A stretch of DNA of 64,000 nt, from assembly GCA_964187785.1 (NCBI GenBank), contig OZ076409.1, positions 73,162,001-73,226,000 on the forward strand, in the 5' to 3' direction. Made by a program: the position numbers and the translations under genes. Within the stretch, counting starts at the first letter, position 1; every line of letters begins with the position of its first letter. This stretch comes from Amphiscolops sp. MND2022 (lineage: Eukaryota). This document shows positions 24,788 to 37,800 of the stretch, piece after piece. The notes under the pieces are model-generated. The model saw only the letters and a program-made list of their open reading frames with translations. It was not told where the DNA came from and did no database searches.

Positions 24788-27165
24788 GTGGTCGGGGCGC
24801 TCTCCCAACCTCTTCCGCCGCCTCGGGGAGGGTCCTGATTGGCGGCACCCCTTATGGAAAACTTACTGTTAGAAACGCACCAGTGTAATGCTGATTTCGA
24901 AAACCACCCGTGCGATTTTGCTCAAATTTTGCATGTAGCTCCCAAATTCCAATACAAGAACTAATTCCTACTGCCATTTTTCCGGGAAAACTCAAAAAGT
25001 TGGTCAAAAATGACATTTTCTGAGTGAAAAATGGCCATTTTTTGACTTTTTTATTTTTGATCGGCTATAACTTTTTCCAGGGTGCTCGGATCGAAAAAAG
25101 TTTGTATAGGTAAAGTTGTTTGGCACTTCGAGTAGAACTCGTAGACAAATTTTGGTTGAGATCGGATGAAAATTGACTGAGAAATAACCGAAAAACCATC
25201 GATTTTTTGAAAAAAATTTTGACACACTAGTATGACTCTGCCGTTTTTCGGCCAAAGTTCTTTCTAGAACCTCGTCTAAAGTCCTCCCCTGGCTGAATTA
25301 CCTCCCAGCAAAACCATTTGGCCCATTTGCCGAAGTTTCAGCGTTCCAGCATTCCCCGGGTAAAAGATAAATGACTTAGAATTTTTACAAAAAAATTTCA
25401 AAAAAAAATTTTTTTTCTTCAAGCTTCCCAAAGTCAAGGAACTTCCACACAACTAGTATTGCAAGTGAATGCATGTGGAAAGTGCTTGAATAGACGAGAA
25501 AAATGAGCTATAGAACGACTCTGTAGCTTAACCTGACGTTGACTTATGACAATTTGAGTGCGTGCTTGCTATGTGGTGAAATTGAGAAACAACCTAAAAT
25601 GAAAGCTAAGTCTGATCTAAAACTTACCGAATTGCTTTTATTCAGCCCCAAAGCTGTTCAATTGCCGCTATGTAGTGCAGCAACACTATCCAATGCTTTT
25701 TAGACGTTTTTAAGATGTCATTATGTTCTTTTTGGACAGTTTTTTTTGTACAAATAGGACTTTATTTTTCGGGACCTAACAATTTTGCCAAAAAAGTCAA
25801 ACTTCGTCCACACAACTTAGATTGCAAGTGAATGCATGCGGAGAGTGCATGAAGTGATGAGGAAAATGAGCTATAGAACGCCCGTTTCCGACAACTTGAC
25901 ATGGACTTATAAGAGTTTGAAAAATCACAAAAAAAATGAACAACAATTCACTAACAGTGAGTTTGTAGTAAATGGCCCATATTTCCATACACAAGATTCT
26001 CAGCACAATTCTATACCTTTTCGTTTTTGTTGTCCGTGATTGTGCAACAAATAAGTATTGGTAAAAGTTTCTGTAAAACATCGCCGGAAAGAGAAAAATG
26101 CGGAGTTTATGAGTAATTTTGTTTGAAAAATGACAAAATAGTCTATCTCTGCCGTTTCAGCACAAATTTTTTAAAAAAAGACGCCCAGTAGGTAACCCAT
26201 GGGCTAATTTCGTCTCAACAAAACGGTTGGGGTCATTTGCCGCAGTTTTAGCTTTATAGCATTCTCCGGGTAAAAGTTGTTGAACTTAGAAAATTTTTGA
26301 AATTTTTTCAAATTTTTTTTTTTAACTTCAGGCGGCCCAAAGTCAAGAAACTTCCACACAACTAGGATTGCAAGTAGATGCATGTGGAAAGCCCAGTAAT
26401 TGGGGAGAAAAATGCCGTTTAGAACGTCTCTTTATCGTAACTTGATGTTGACTTATGATTCTTTAAATGGGAGCTTGATTTGAGGTTAAGAAGTCAAAGT
26501 GTGTAAATGGAACGTAAGTCTGGTCAAAAACTCATTGGAATACATGCAATGAACCTCAACTTATCCTCAATTACAGTTGTCTAGTGCAAAGGTCTTTCAA
26601 AGTTGTTTCACTTCTTTTGATAAGTGTTGATGGTATAAACCATCAGTTATAGAGAAACACGTAAGTACATTCTCATCTCTCCCCATCGGGGGAGATGAGA
26701 ATGTACTCACCAAAGGTCAAAACTACTAAATGCCTTTTTTCTGTACCATTTTATGTCACTGTCGAAACAAACATAAACAAATTAGTTTCCGACTCCTCCT
26801 TGGGGTTTTGGTTTGACTTCTGTAAAAAAAAGGGTACGAGGACTTGGAGATCTTTTAAGTGTTCCAAAAGAGACCTCCTATTTCACACCGTGGAAAACTT
26901 GAAGACATTTGTCATGAAATCACCTACTAGGCTTCTCTCTGAGTACGCAAGTTCAATAAGTAACACATTTTATCTTCCATATTTGCTCCGATGACCAGGA
27001 TTGGAAACTAAATTAACCCAAGGTACTTAGCCAAAACGAGCAATACCAACTTTTGATTGAAAACCTCATCACAGTTTTTCTTTGAAAATTACCTTCATTG
27101 ACTTCTCAATTTATCAACTCAATCTCTTTAAGCGGCCCTATTTTGACACAAGCCTGCAGCGCTAG
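24788..27165 (+). mobile_element. Type E unit (2378 bp)
   Basis: Tandem copy of the preceding unit with a few substitutions and indels. Confidence 0.8.
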
Positions 27166-28554
27166 GTGGTTGGGGCGGTCCCCAGAACGCACAAGGAGGC
27201 GCGGGGAGGGTCCTGCGCCGACGTAGAATAATTTCATATAATACTAGTATCCTACATGGGTGTTTTAGAAGCGATTTTGGAATCTAACCGTAGGATTTGG
27301 ATAATTTTTTGCATGCGGCCATAACTCGAAATTCTAAGAACTTTTTCCTACTGTCATTTTCCCCGCAAATTGTTTTTTGTTGACTTATGGCCGAAAAACC
27401 GGAAATAACGACCTTTTTAGACGTTATATCCGAAGTGTCGTCATAACTTTTTTCCAGGGCATGCTAGCGTTCTCGTTCACTTTTACACTTAGTTGCAGCA
27501 TCTCAAGATACAACTGGTGTTAAATTTTGGTTGCATTCGGATCACCCCCCACCGAGATAGAAGGGTTCCCCCCTCCTGTTTTACCCCCCAAATTTGCAAA
27601 AAAGCCAATTTTGAGCATGAAGCCGAGGATTTAGCGTACCCGCACCCTCCTGATGTTTTGTTGTACGTATTGGGGTCAATCTGACGACATGTGTGGTTTT
27701 CACCCCCAACCCCCCCTTGGACCGGAAATGACACTTTTTTGTGTTTTTTGGCAGAATTTAGCATTTTTCATTATTAGGCAGTCGTTTTAGGGACTCCTAG
27801 CAGGATATCGAAATTGAAAAACAACCTGATCACAACCCAGTGACAACATGTTGGCCACTTGGAGGTATCATCATGACCGGAAGTGGGGTCAACCCCCCTT
27901 TTTGTGACCGCTTTTTGACCTTGTGCACCAAAATGCCAACATCTTGAGGCCTAATGAGGCATTCAAATCTGTACAAAGATAAAATGTTAGACAACCGAAG
28001 TCCCGGAAGATCTTTAGCATATACCGGAAGTTACCCCCCATGACCGGAATTTACCCAATGTGACCGGAAATGGTCCAAAAATTAATGTAAAGTTGAATTT
28101 TTCACTATTTCAAGACCACTTAATTGAAACTTTTCAATCTCAAAACTAGCGTACTGGCTTGTTTTGCTGAATTTATGGAAATTGATGAGCTCTATCGCCC
28201 CCGATAGCCTTCGAAGTTGACCTTGCGTCAACTTTGGAGGCTATCGATAAAGAAAAATGAACAACAAAGTACATTGTTGCTCTCGTTTTTTTCCCGTTGT
28301 TTTTCCTCAAACATTCTTGAGACATATACATGGCCGTTAGTTGAAATCAATTTTTAGCCCATGTTATAGCTGGAGCAGCGAAGCGTTACACAGACTAGTG
28401 TGGTTTTGAAATTACATTATTTAAATTAACAACTGACCGTCTTAGTCAACTCCACACATTCATACCAACGCCCACCGTCTGTGGGCATGCCGAGGCATGC
28501 CCTTCGACGACGTATGACGAATCCACTCCAACGACACCCGCAGTCCTCAGCTAG
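27166..28554 (+). mobile_element. Type D unit (1389 bp)
   Basis: Copy of 12646-14020 with different neighbours on both sides. Confidence 0.78.
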
Positions 28555-29825
28555 GTGGCCGCGTCTTTTAGATGGACTTTTATCCTTGAGGCGCGGGTAG
28601 GGTCCTGCGCCGAGCTGGTGAAAATATACTACGTCCAAATCGCCCGTTCCGGAAACGATCTCAAAACTGGCCCGTACGATTTTCCTGAAACTTTGCATGT
28701 GGCCCCCAATTGGCGAGCAATGAAAAAGTGTAGGAGGCCATTTTTCCCAAATTCCATTGTGAGAGGAGATATATGAAAAAAACGGACCCCGAAATGACGA
28801 AAATTTCACTTTTTGACCATTAATGGGACATTATCTCCCCGGACAATGCTCGGAGCAAAATTTGTCAGAACCCAAACTTATTGCAGGCTGTTAGGAGAGT
28901 ACGCACAGTAAGTTTGAAGGAAATCCGATAATCACATGTTGAGAAATTAACGATTTTCCGACAAAATTTTTTGCATTTGCAGTCTATCTCTGCCGTTTTT
29001 TGCCCAAAATTTTTTCGAGACCCTCTTCTAAAGACCTCCCCTGGCCGGTTTACCTCCCAAAAGAACCATTTGGCCCTAAATACGAAGTTTCAGCGTTCCA
29101 GCATTCCCCAGTGAAAAGTTATGGGACTTAGAAAATTTTCTTAAATTTTCAAAATTTTTCTAAAAAAGTTCAGGCCGCCCAAAGTGAAGAAACTTCCACA
29201 CAACTAGTATTGCAAGTAAATGCATGTGGAAAGCCCTGCACTTGACGAGAAAAATGCCGTTTAGAACGTCTTTTTATCTTAACTTGATGTTGACTTATGA
29301 TCTTTTGAGTAGCGTATAACACGTGATCACAGTAGTGAAAATCCTAATTTTCAATAATTTTCAAACAATAACGCAGGAAAAGAACCTGGAAAAGGTTCCG
29401 ATGGGTCAGTTGGGATGTCTGAAGCATGTGTACATTTCCGTAGTGTATAGCGGATGTATTTGAGACTTATTAGAAATTGTGATAAATTTTATACAAGTCT
29501 TTGTTTCTCTTAGAATCTTATGCAGTTGAGTACATTCCATCTCCCTCTCAGGGGAGATGTGAATGTACGTTTGCCAAATGCCTTGTAAAGCTCACAATTT
29601 TGATGGATTCAATTAACTAAACAAGTGTGATTTGCGTTTGCCGAACCACTGCGACAAAATATCCTAAATCTATAGCGAGATTGTATGGTTTTTGTCTTTA
29701 GTGTTTCGTCTTGTGTAGCCGACTTCCACATCCAAATATCAACGCCCGCCGTCCGTAGGCATGCCGAGGCATGCCTTTCGACGACGTATGCCAAATACCT
29801 AATGCCACGCTGTCATTATCGCTAG
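28555..29825 (+). mobile_element. Type F unit (1271 bp)
   Basis: Homologous end-to-end to 19860-21130. A/T-variant palindrome 29757-29776. Confidence 0.78.
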
Positions 29826-31362
29826 GTGGGCGGGGGTAATTCCCCTTCAAAAAATTCGGCCGGCGGGTTGGGTCCTGCCGGACGTCAAATAGTGTGAAAC
29901 ATCCAGTAGGAAACGGCGACATAAATCAGCGATTTTAAAATTTAACCGTTAGAATTCGGACTTGGAGTGCATGCGGCCCCAAAATGCCCATACGAATCGA
30001 AGTTCCTGCTGACGTTAAGCGATAAAAACATTTTATAAAAATTTATGGCCCATTTTACGTTCACCTATAAGGGTAAAATGAGGAAAATTTTTACAAAGTC
30101 GCTGATAACTCAAAATACATTATTTTTTGGACTTTGACTGTGAAACAAGCTTAGAACCTTCATTTCGTGGCTGTGGCATTGCACTGAACACAAAAGATGT
30201 AAAGTTTTTACATTTTTCGAAAATTCGACATTTTTGATTTTTTTTCACTACTATCAGTACACTATATGTCAAAAACACCTCTGAAAAAAATTATTATTTA
30301 CTTAAAATTGAAAACCTTGGTATCCATGGTTTCTGTCGGAACCTACTCGCTGCCAAACACCCAACAGTTTGCATCCAATGTGAATTTAAAATTTTTTTCG
30401 AGGTCATAAGGGTTTCACAAGGTTTTCATAACTTAGTATTAAACTACAAACTGGTCATATTCAACATAATATCTTTGTCGAGGCATGTCGGATATAGTCC
30501 TATTGCTCACGAACGGTCCTACTGGCAACGTAATAACCATTTATAGAAATGTAAAGTTATAAAAAAAATTTTTCACCCGGTCTTCAGTCATTTTTCAGTC
30601 ATTCGGAACTTAACTTAGAAAAATTTCGACCAAAATATCCATTTTTTGTCAGGTCGAAAAATCAAATTCAGATTTTTAAGCAAAATTATTAACTCTGACG
30701 TAACTCATGGGGCCCATGATACTCGAAACAACGATTGACACTGGTATCAATGGCTCCAATAACATATGAGTCGCGATAAGACGTTATTTTGAGCATTACG
30801 TCTCAATTGAGGTAAAGATCTCGCAAGCCAGCGATCACTGTGAAATGTGATTTCATCAAAAATTTACTCTTTTTTGTCAATCACTATGTGCACAGAATGC
30901 GTAGGGTGCGTTTCAGCACTATATTGAGGTTTTTGAAGGCATCGAGTTGCTCAAGGGGTGGTATGAGACATTTTTGTCCCATATACTACTGTATTTTCCA
31001 AAATTTTTAGCCCAGTATCTGGAAATACAAACTTGACAAAATACTTTCAACTACTTTATTCAAAGGTTACAATATAGATGAACACTGTGGTTGATCAGAA
31101 TCTTTCATCTCTTTCGTTTTCCGAAATATTTCCCTTCGCATGTGTTACATTCGTAGCAGAAAAAAAATCGAAACTGAAAAATACGCAATTTTGCTAATAT
31201 AGAATCGCAATGATTGTGCCTAAAAACTCTTTAAACACTTCTAACGCAACCTTACTCACCCAACATGATCGAAAATGCTATTCACAATGGTGACATGTGC
31301 TCTTTCTACGATCCTGGCTGGACAAGGTTTGCATATTTTTCAAGTACCTGTCAGCTAAATCT

Positions 31363-31412
31363 TGTGATAGCCTTTTCAGTTGGCCTTGTGTCAACTTGGG
31401 AAGGCTATCACA
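31363..31412. other. Long imperfect inverted repeat H2 (TGTGATAGCCTT...AAGGCTATCACA), representative copy
   Basis: 12-bp perfect outer arms plus inner AGTTGGC/GTCAACT pairing; present in types C, D and J. Confidence 0.85.
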
Positions 31413-31778
31413 TCAAAAAACCATCAACAAAAATAATTTTTGTTTATTGGATCTTACAGTCGATACTTTTTTTCGTGATTCTATACTACCGTTAGTATAT
31501 TTCATCAGGTCACCTTACGATTGCATTCAGTCTTTGATAAAAACCTATGAACTCAAAGTCACATTTATATTTTTTTTTGCCAAAAAAAACATCAAAAATA
31601 TCTAAAATATATAAAATAGAGTCTTTAACATTTTTACATTTCTAGTTTCTGCCGTTATTAGGCCCATCAACTTCCTACAGCCACGCTCTCTGTCATTAGT
31701 ACAACGCCACATAGTGTTGCGACGTTCACGGTCTGTGGGCATGCCGAGGCATGCCCTTCGACGACGTATGCCGAATAC

Positions 31779-31808
31779 CGCGGGCCTACGCCCGCGCTCC
31801 CCGGCTAG
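31779..31808 (+). terminator. Helitron-like 3' terminus: GC hairpin, 8 nt, CTAG (representative copy)
   Basis: CGCGGGC-CTAC-GCCCGCG, then CTCCCCGG, then CTAG. This matches the established Helitron 3' layout (hairpin ~10 nt before CTRR). Confidence 0.6.
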
Positions 31809-34800
31809 GTGCGCGGGGTTATTCCCCCCGTTTGTCCCCGGCCGGCGGGTAGGGTCCTGACGGCCGTCCTTAATCATGAAGCTTGCTGTTTAGCGCAAAA
31901 AGCCCACAAAAACGCCGATTTTAAAAACTAACCATTAGAATTTGTTCGTAGATTGCATGCGGCCCTAAAATTTGCATACGAATGGAAGTTCCTGCTGACG
32001 TTAAGCGATAGAAACATTATAAAAAAAGTTATGGGCGTTTTTTGGTCGAAAAATTGAACATTTTCAAAAAAATTTTTAGAAATTGGCTAATATCTTAAAA
32101 TGCAGTAATTTTTAGACATTGACTGTTTTACAAGCTCGGAACCTTCATTTCGTGTCTATTGCATTGCACTGAACACAAAAGATGTAAAGTTTTTACATTT
32201 TTTGAAAATTCGAGATTTTTGAAATTTTTTTCACTACTATCAGTACCCCATATGTCAAAAACACATCAGAAAAAAGTTTTTATTTGCTTTAAATTGGAAA
32301 CCTTGGTATCCATGGTTTCTGTCGGAATCTACTCGCTGCCAAACACCCAACAGTTTGCATCCAGTGTGAATTTAAAATTTTTTTCGAGGTCTTAGGTGTT
32401 TCACAAGGATTTCTCAACATGGTTTTAATTTACAAATTGGTCATTTTGAACACAATATTTTCATCGAGGCTTGTCGGCTATAGTCTTAATGTTATAGAAC
32501 GGTCCCACTGGCAACGTAGGAACCATTTATAGTAATAGAAAGTTTTAAAAAATTTTTTTCACCCGGTCTTCAGTCATTTTTCAGTCATTCGGAACTTAAC
32601 TTAGAAAATTTTCGTCTCGAATACCCATTTTTGGTGAAGTCGAAATTTGAATTTCAGCACTTGAAGCAAAATTTTTTACTCTGACGTAACCAGTGGGGCT
32701 CATGATACTCAACAACACCGTTGGGTTTGATACCAGTGGCTCCAATAACATATGAGTCGGGATAAGACGTTATTCAGAGCAAAACCTCTAAATCGGAGTA
32801 AACATCTCGGAAGCCTGGGATCACAGTGAAATGTGAGATCACCAAAAGTTTACATATTTTTGTCAATTACTATGTACACAGAGTGCATAGGATGAGTTTC
32901 AGCACTATAATGAGGTTTTTGAAGTAATCGGCCTGCTCAAGGGGGTGTATGAGACATTTTTTTCCCATATAGTACTGTATTTTCCAAAATTTTTAGCCCA
33001 TTATCTCAAAAACCTAACTTCGCAAAATGCTTTCAATTACTTTATTCTAAGGTTAGAATATGAATGAACACTGTGGTTGATCAGAACCTCTCATTTTTTT
33101 GTTTTCCGAAATATTACCTTCGCATGGGTTACATTTATGGCAGAAAAGAAAGCAGAAGATAAAAAATACGCTATTTTGCTAAGATAGAAAAGCGATGATT
33201 GTGCCTAAATACCCTTTAAATACTTCTAACGCAACCTTATGGTTCGAATAGGATTGGAAATACCGTTCACAGTCCTCACATGTACTCTTTCTACAATCCA
33301 GACTGCACTTTTTTTGAAAATTTTACATGTAGCTTTAAGCTGAATCTTGTGATAGCCTTTTAAGTTGGCCTTGTGTCAACTTGGGAAGGCTATCACCACA
33401 AAAAACTATAAACAAAATTACCATTTGTTAGTTTGATTTTGCTGTCGATGCCTATTTTCGTAATTCGATCATATCGTTAGATCCTTCCATCAGGTCAGCT
33501 AACGATTGCTTCCAGTGTTTGATAAGAATGTATGAACTTGAAGAAAATTCTTTTTTTTTTGTTTACAAAAAATAAAAACGAATAATTAAAAAAACCTAAT
33601 TGGAATAATTAAAACCACTAGGAAGTATAACGTCTATCTTTTCGACCGTTATCATCCCCAGCCATCCCCAACGTCCTCGCAATGTATGTCCTTATTACAA
33701 CGCCGCGTCACATAGCGTTCCGACGCCCATAGTCTGTGGGCATGCCGAGGCATGCCCTTCGACGACGTATGCCAAATGAGCCATACCCGCACTCTGGAGT
33801 GCGGTAGCGGCTAGGTGGGCGGGGGTAATTCCCCAACAAAAAAATCGGCCGGCGGGTCGGGTCCTGCCGGCCGTCCAAAATCAAAATCCTCCTAGTAGAA
33901 AACGGCCGGTCAAACGAGCTATTTTTTTATTTAACCGTTAGAATTTGGGTTTAGATTGCATGCGGCCATGAAATGGCCATACGAATCGAAGTTCCTGCTG
34001 ACGTTTTGCGATTGAAACACTTTATAAAAAGTTATGACCAATTTGTCATTCACCTAGAAGGGCAAAATGAGGAAAATTTTAACAAAGTCGCTGATAACTC
34101 AAAATGTAATAATTTTTGGACTTTGACAGTGAAACAAGCTTGGATCTGTCATTTCGTGGCTGTGGCATTGCACTGAACACAAAAGATGTAAAGTTTTCAT
34201 ATTTTTTGAAAATTCGACATTTTTGAATTTTTTTTCACTACTATCAGTACCCCATATGTCAAAAACACCTCAGAAAAAAATTTTTATTTGCTTTAAATTG
34301 GAAACCTTGGTATCCATGGTTTCTGTCGGAACCTACTCGCAGCCAAACACCCAACAGTTTGCATCCAATGTGAAAATAAAAATTTTTTCGGGGTCATAAG
34401 CATTTCACAAGGATTTCTCAACTTAGTATTAATTTACAAAATGGTCATTTTGAACATAATATTTTCATCGAGGCTTGTCGGCTATAGCCTTAATGTTCTA
34501 GAACGGTCCCACTGGCAACGTAGCAACCATTTATAGTAATATAAAAGGTTAAAAAAATTTTTTCACCCGGTCTTCAGTCATTTTTCAGACATTCGGAACA
34601 TAACTTAGAAAATTTTCGACCCAAATACCCATTTTTGTCAGGTCGAAAATTAAAATTCAGCTATTAAAGCAAAATTATTTACTCTGACGTAACCAGTGGG
34701 GCCCATGATACTCAAAAACACCATTGGCACTGGTACCAATGGCTCCAATAACATATGAGTCGCGATAAGACGTTATTTTGAGCAATACGTCTCAATTGAG

Positions 34801-37800
34801 GTAAAGATCTCGCAAGCCAGCGATCACTGTGAAATGTGATTTCATCAAAAATTTACTCATTTTTGTCAATAACTATGTGCACAGAGTGTGTAGGGTGAGT
34901 TCCAGCACTATAATGAGGTTTTTGAAGGCATCGGGTTGCTCAAGGGGTGGTATGAGACAATTTTTTCCTATATACTACTGTGTTTTCCAAAACTTTTAGC
35001 CCATTATCAGGAAAAAATAATTTGACAAATTACTTTCAACTACTTTATTCAAAAGTTACAATATAGATGAACACTGTGGTTGATCAGAAACTTTCATCTC
35101 TTTCGTTTTCCGAAATAATTCCCTTCGAATGTGTTACATTTGTAGCCGGAAAAAAAAACCGAAACTAAAAAATACGCGATTTTGCTGAGATAGAACCGGG
35201 ATAATTGTGTCTAAATACTCTTTAAATACTTCTAACGCGACCTTACGGACCCAAAAGGATTAAAAATGCCACTCACAATGCTGACATGTGCTCTTTCGAC
35301 GATCCTGGCTGGACAAGTTTTGCAAATTTTTCAAGTACCTGTTAACTGAATTTTGTGATAGCCTTTTAAGTTGGCCTTGTGTCAACTTGGGAAGGCTATC
35401 ACATCAAAAAACTTTCAACAAAAAAACTTTTTGTTTATTGGATATTGCTGTCGATACCTTTTTTTGTGATTCTATACTACCGTTAGTATATTCCATCAGG
35501 TCACCAGACGATTGTATTCAGTATTTGATAAAAATTTATGAACTCGAAGTCTCTTTCATATGTTTTTTGTTCAAAAAAATTATCAAAAAAATTTATATTA
35601 TAAACATTAGAGTCTTTAACTTTTTTATTCCCCAATTTTCCAGTGTTATTAGGCTCATCAACTTCCTACTGCCACATCCAGACATTAGTACAACGCCACA
35701 AAGTGTTGCGACGTCCACCGTCTGTGGGCATGCCGAGGCACGCCCTTCGACGACGTATGCCAAAAATAGCGCCCTCCGCGGTCACTACCGCGGTAGCAGC
35801 TAGGTGGGCGGGGGTAATTCCCCAACAAAAATTACGGCCGGCGGGTTGGGTCCTGCCGGACGTTCAAATAGCGCGAAGCATCTAGTAGAAAACAAGGAGT
35901 CCTGAAACAGCGATTTTAAAATTGAACCGTTAGAATTTGGTTTTAGATTGCATGCGGCCCTAAAATCCCCATACGAATGGAAGTTCCTGCTAGCGTTAAG
36001 CGATTGAAATAATATATAAAAAGTTATGGCCTATTTTTGGGTCACCGAGAAGGTCAAAATGAAGAAAATTTTAACTAAGTTGCTGATAACTCAAAATGTG
36101 TTAATTTTTGGACTTTGACTGTGAAACAAGCTTAGAACCTTCATTTCGTGGCTGTGGCATTGCACTGAACACAATAGATGTAGAGTTTTTACATTTTTTG
36201 AAAATTCGACATTTTTGATTTTTTTTCACTACTATCAGTACACTATATGTCAAAAACACCTCTGAAAAAAATTATTATTTGCTTAAAATTGGAAACCTTG
36301 GTATCCATGGTTTCTGTCGGAACCTACTCGCTGCCAAACACCCAACAGTTTGCATCCAATGTGAATTTAAAATTTTTTTCGAGGTCATAAGGGTTTCACA
36401 AGGTTTTCATAACCTAGTATTAAACTACAAACTGGTCATTTTCAACATAATATCTTTGTCGAGGCATGTCGGATATAGTCCTATTGCTCACGAACGGTCC
36501 TACTGGCAACGTAATAACCATTTATAGAAATGTAAAGTTATAAAAAAATTTTTTCACCCGGTCTTCAGTCATTTTTCAGTCATTCGGAACTTAACTTAGA
36601 AAAATTTCGACCAAAATATCCATTTTTTGTCAGGTCGAAAAATCAAATTAGGAATTTTAAGCAAAATTATTAACTCTGACGTAACCCATGGGGCCCATGA
36701 TACTCAAAACAACGATTGACACTGGTATCAATGGCTCCAATAACATATGAGTCGCGATAAGACGTTATTTTGAACATTACGTCTCAATTGAGGTAAAGAT
36801 CTCGCAAGCCAGCGATCACTGTGAAATGTGATTTCATCAAAAATTTACTCTTTTTTGTCAATCACTATGTGCACAGAATGCGTAGGGTGCGTTTCAGCAC
36901 TATAATGAGGTTTTTGAAGGCATCGAGTTGCTCAAAGGATGGTATGAGACATTTTTGTCCCATATACTACTGTATTTTCCAAAATTTTTAGCCCAATATC
37001 TGGAAATACAAACTTAACAAAATACTTTCAACTACTTTATTCAGAGGTTACAATATAGATGAACACTGTGGTTGATCAGAAACTTTCATCTCTTTCGTTT
37101 TCCGAAATATTTCCCTTCGCATGTGTTACATTCGTAGCAGAAAAAAAAATCGAAACTGAAAAATACGCAATTTTGCTAATATAGAATCGCACTGATTGTG
37201 CCTAAAAACTCTTTAAACACTTCTAACGCAACCTTAGGCACCGAAAATGATCGAAAATGCTATTCACAATGGTGACATGTGCTCTTTCTACGATCCTGGC
37301 TGGACAAGGTTTGCATATTTTTCAAGTACCTGTCAGCTAAATCTTGTGATAGCCTTTTCAGTTGGCCTTGTGTCAACTTGGGAAGGCTATCACATCAAAA
37401 AACCATCAACAAAAATAATTTTTGTTTATTGGATCTTACAGTCGATACTTTTTTTCGTGATTCTATACTACCGTTAGTATATTTCATCAGGTCACCTTAC
37501 GATTGCATTCAGTCTTTGATAAAAACCTATGAACTCAAAGTCACATTTATATATTTTTTGGCCAAAAAAACATCAAAAATATCTAAAATATATAAAATAG
37601 AGTCTTTAACATTTTTACGTTTCAAGTTTTTGCCGTTATTAAGCCAATCAACTTCCTACAGCCACGCTCTCTGTCATACTGTACAACGCCACATAGTGTT
37701 GCGACGTGCACAGTCTGTGGGCATGCCGAGGCATGCCCTTCGACGACGTATGCCGAATACCGCGGGCCTACGCCCGCGCTCCCCGGCTAGGTGGGCGGGG

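Noticed and set aside
22..29922. Recurrent short ORFs (MPFFRKCT..., ...GHAEACPSTT..., MAEKRQSH...) as a gene family
   Set aside because: They recur only because the DNA is repeated. Frames open and close inconsistently between copies, and GHAEACPSTT / VGMPRHALRRR are just translations of the palindrome.
29995..30030. Hammerhead ribozyme / retrozyme at conserved CTGCTGACGTT...GAAA-like segments
   Set aside because: The core requires CTGANGA and flanking helices; the sequence reads CTGACGT and I could not build the three stems. A covariance search would be needed to exclude other ribozymes.
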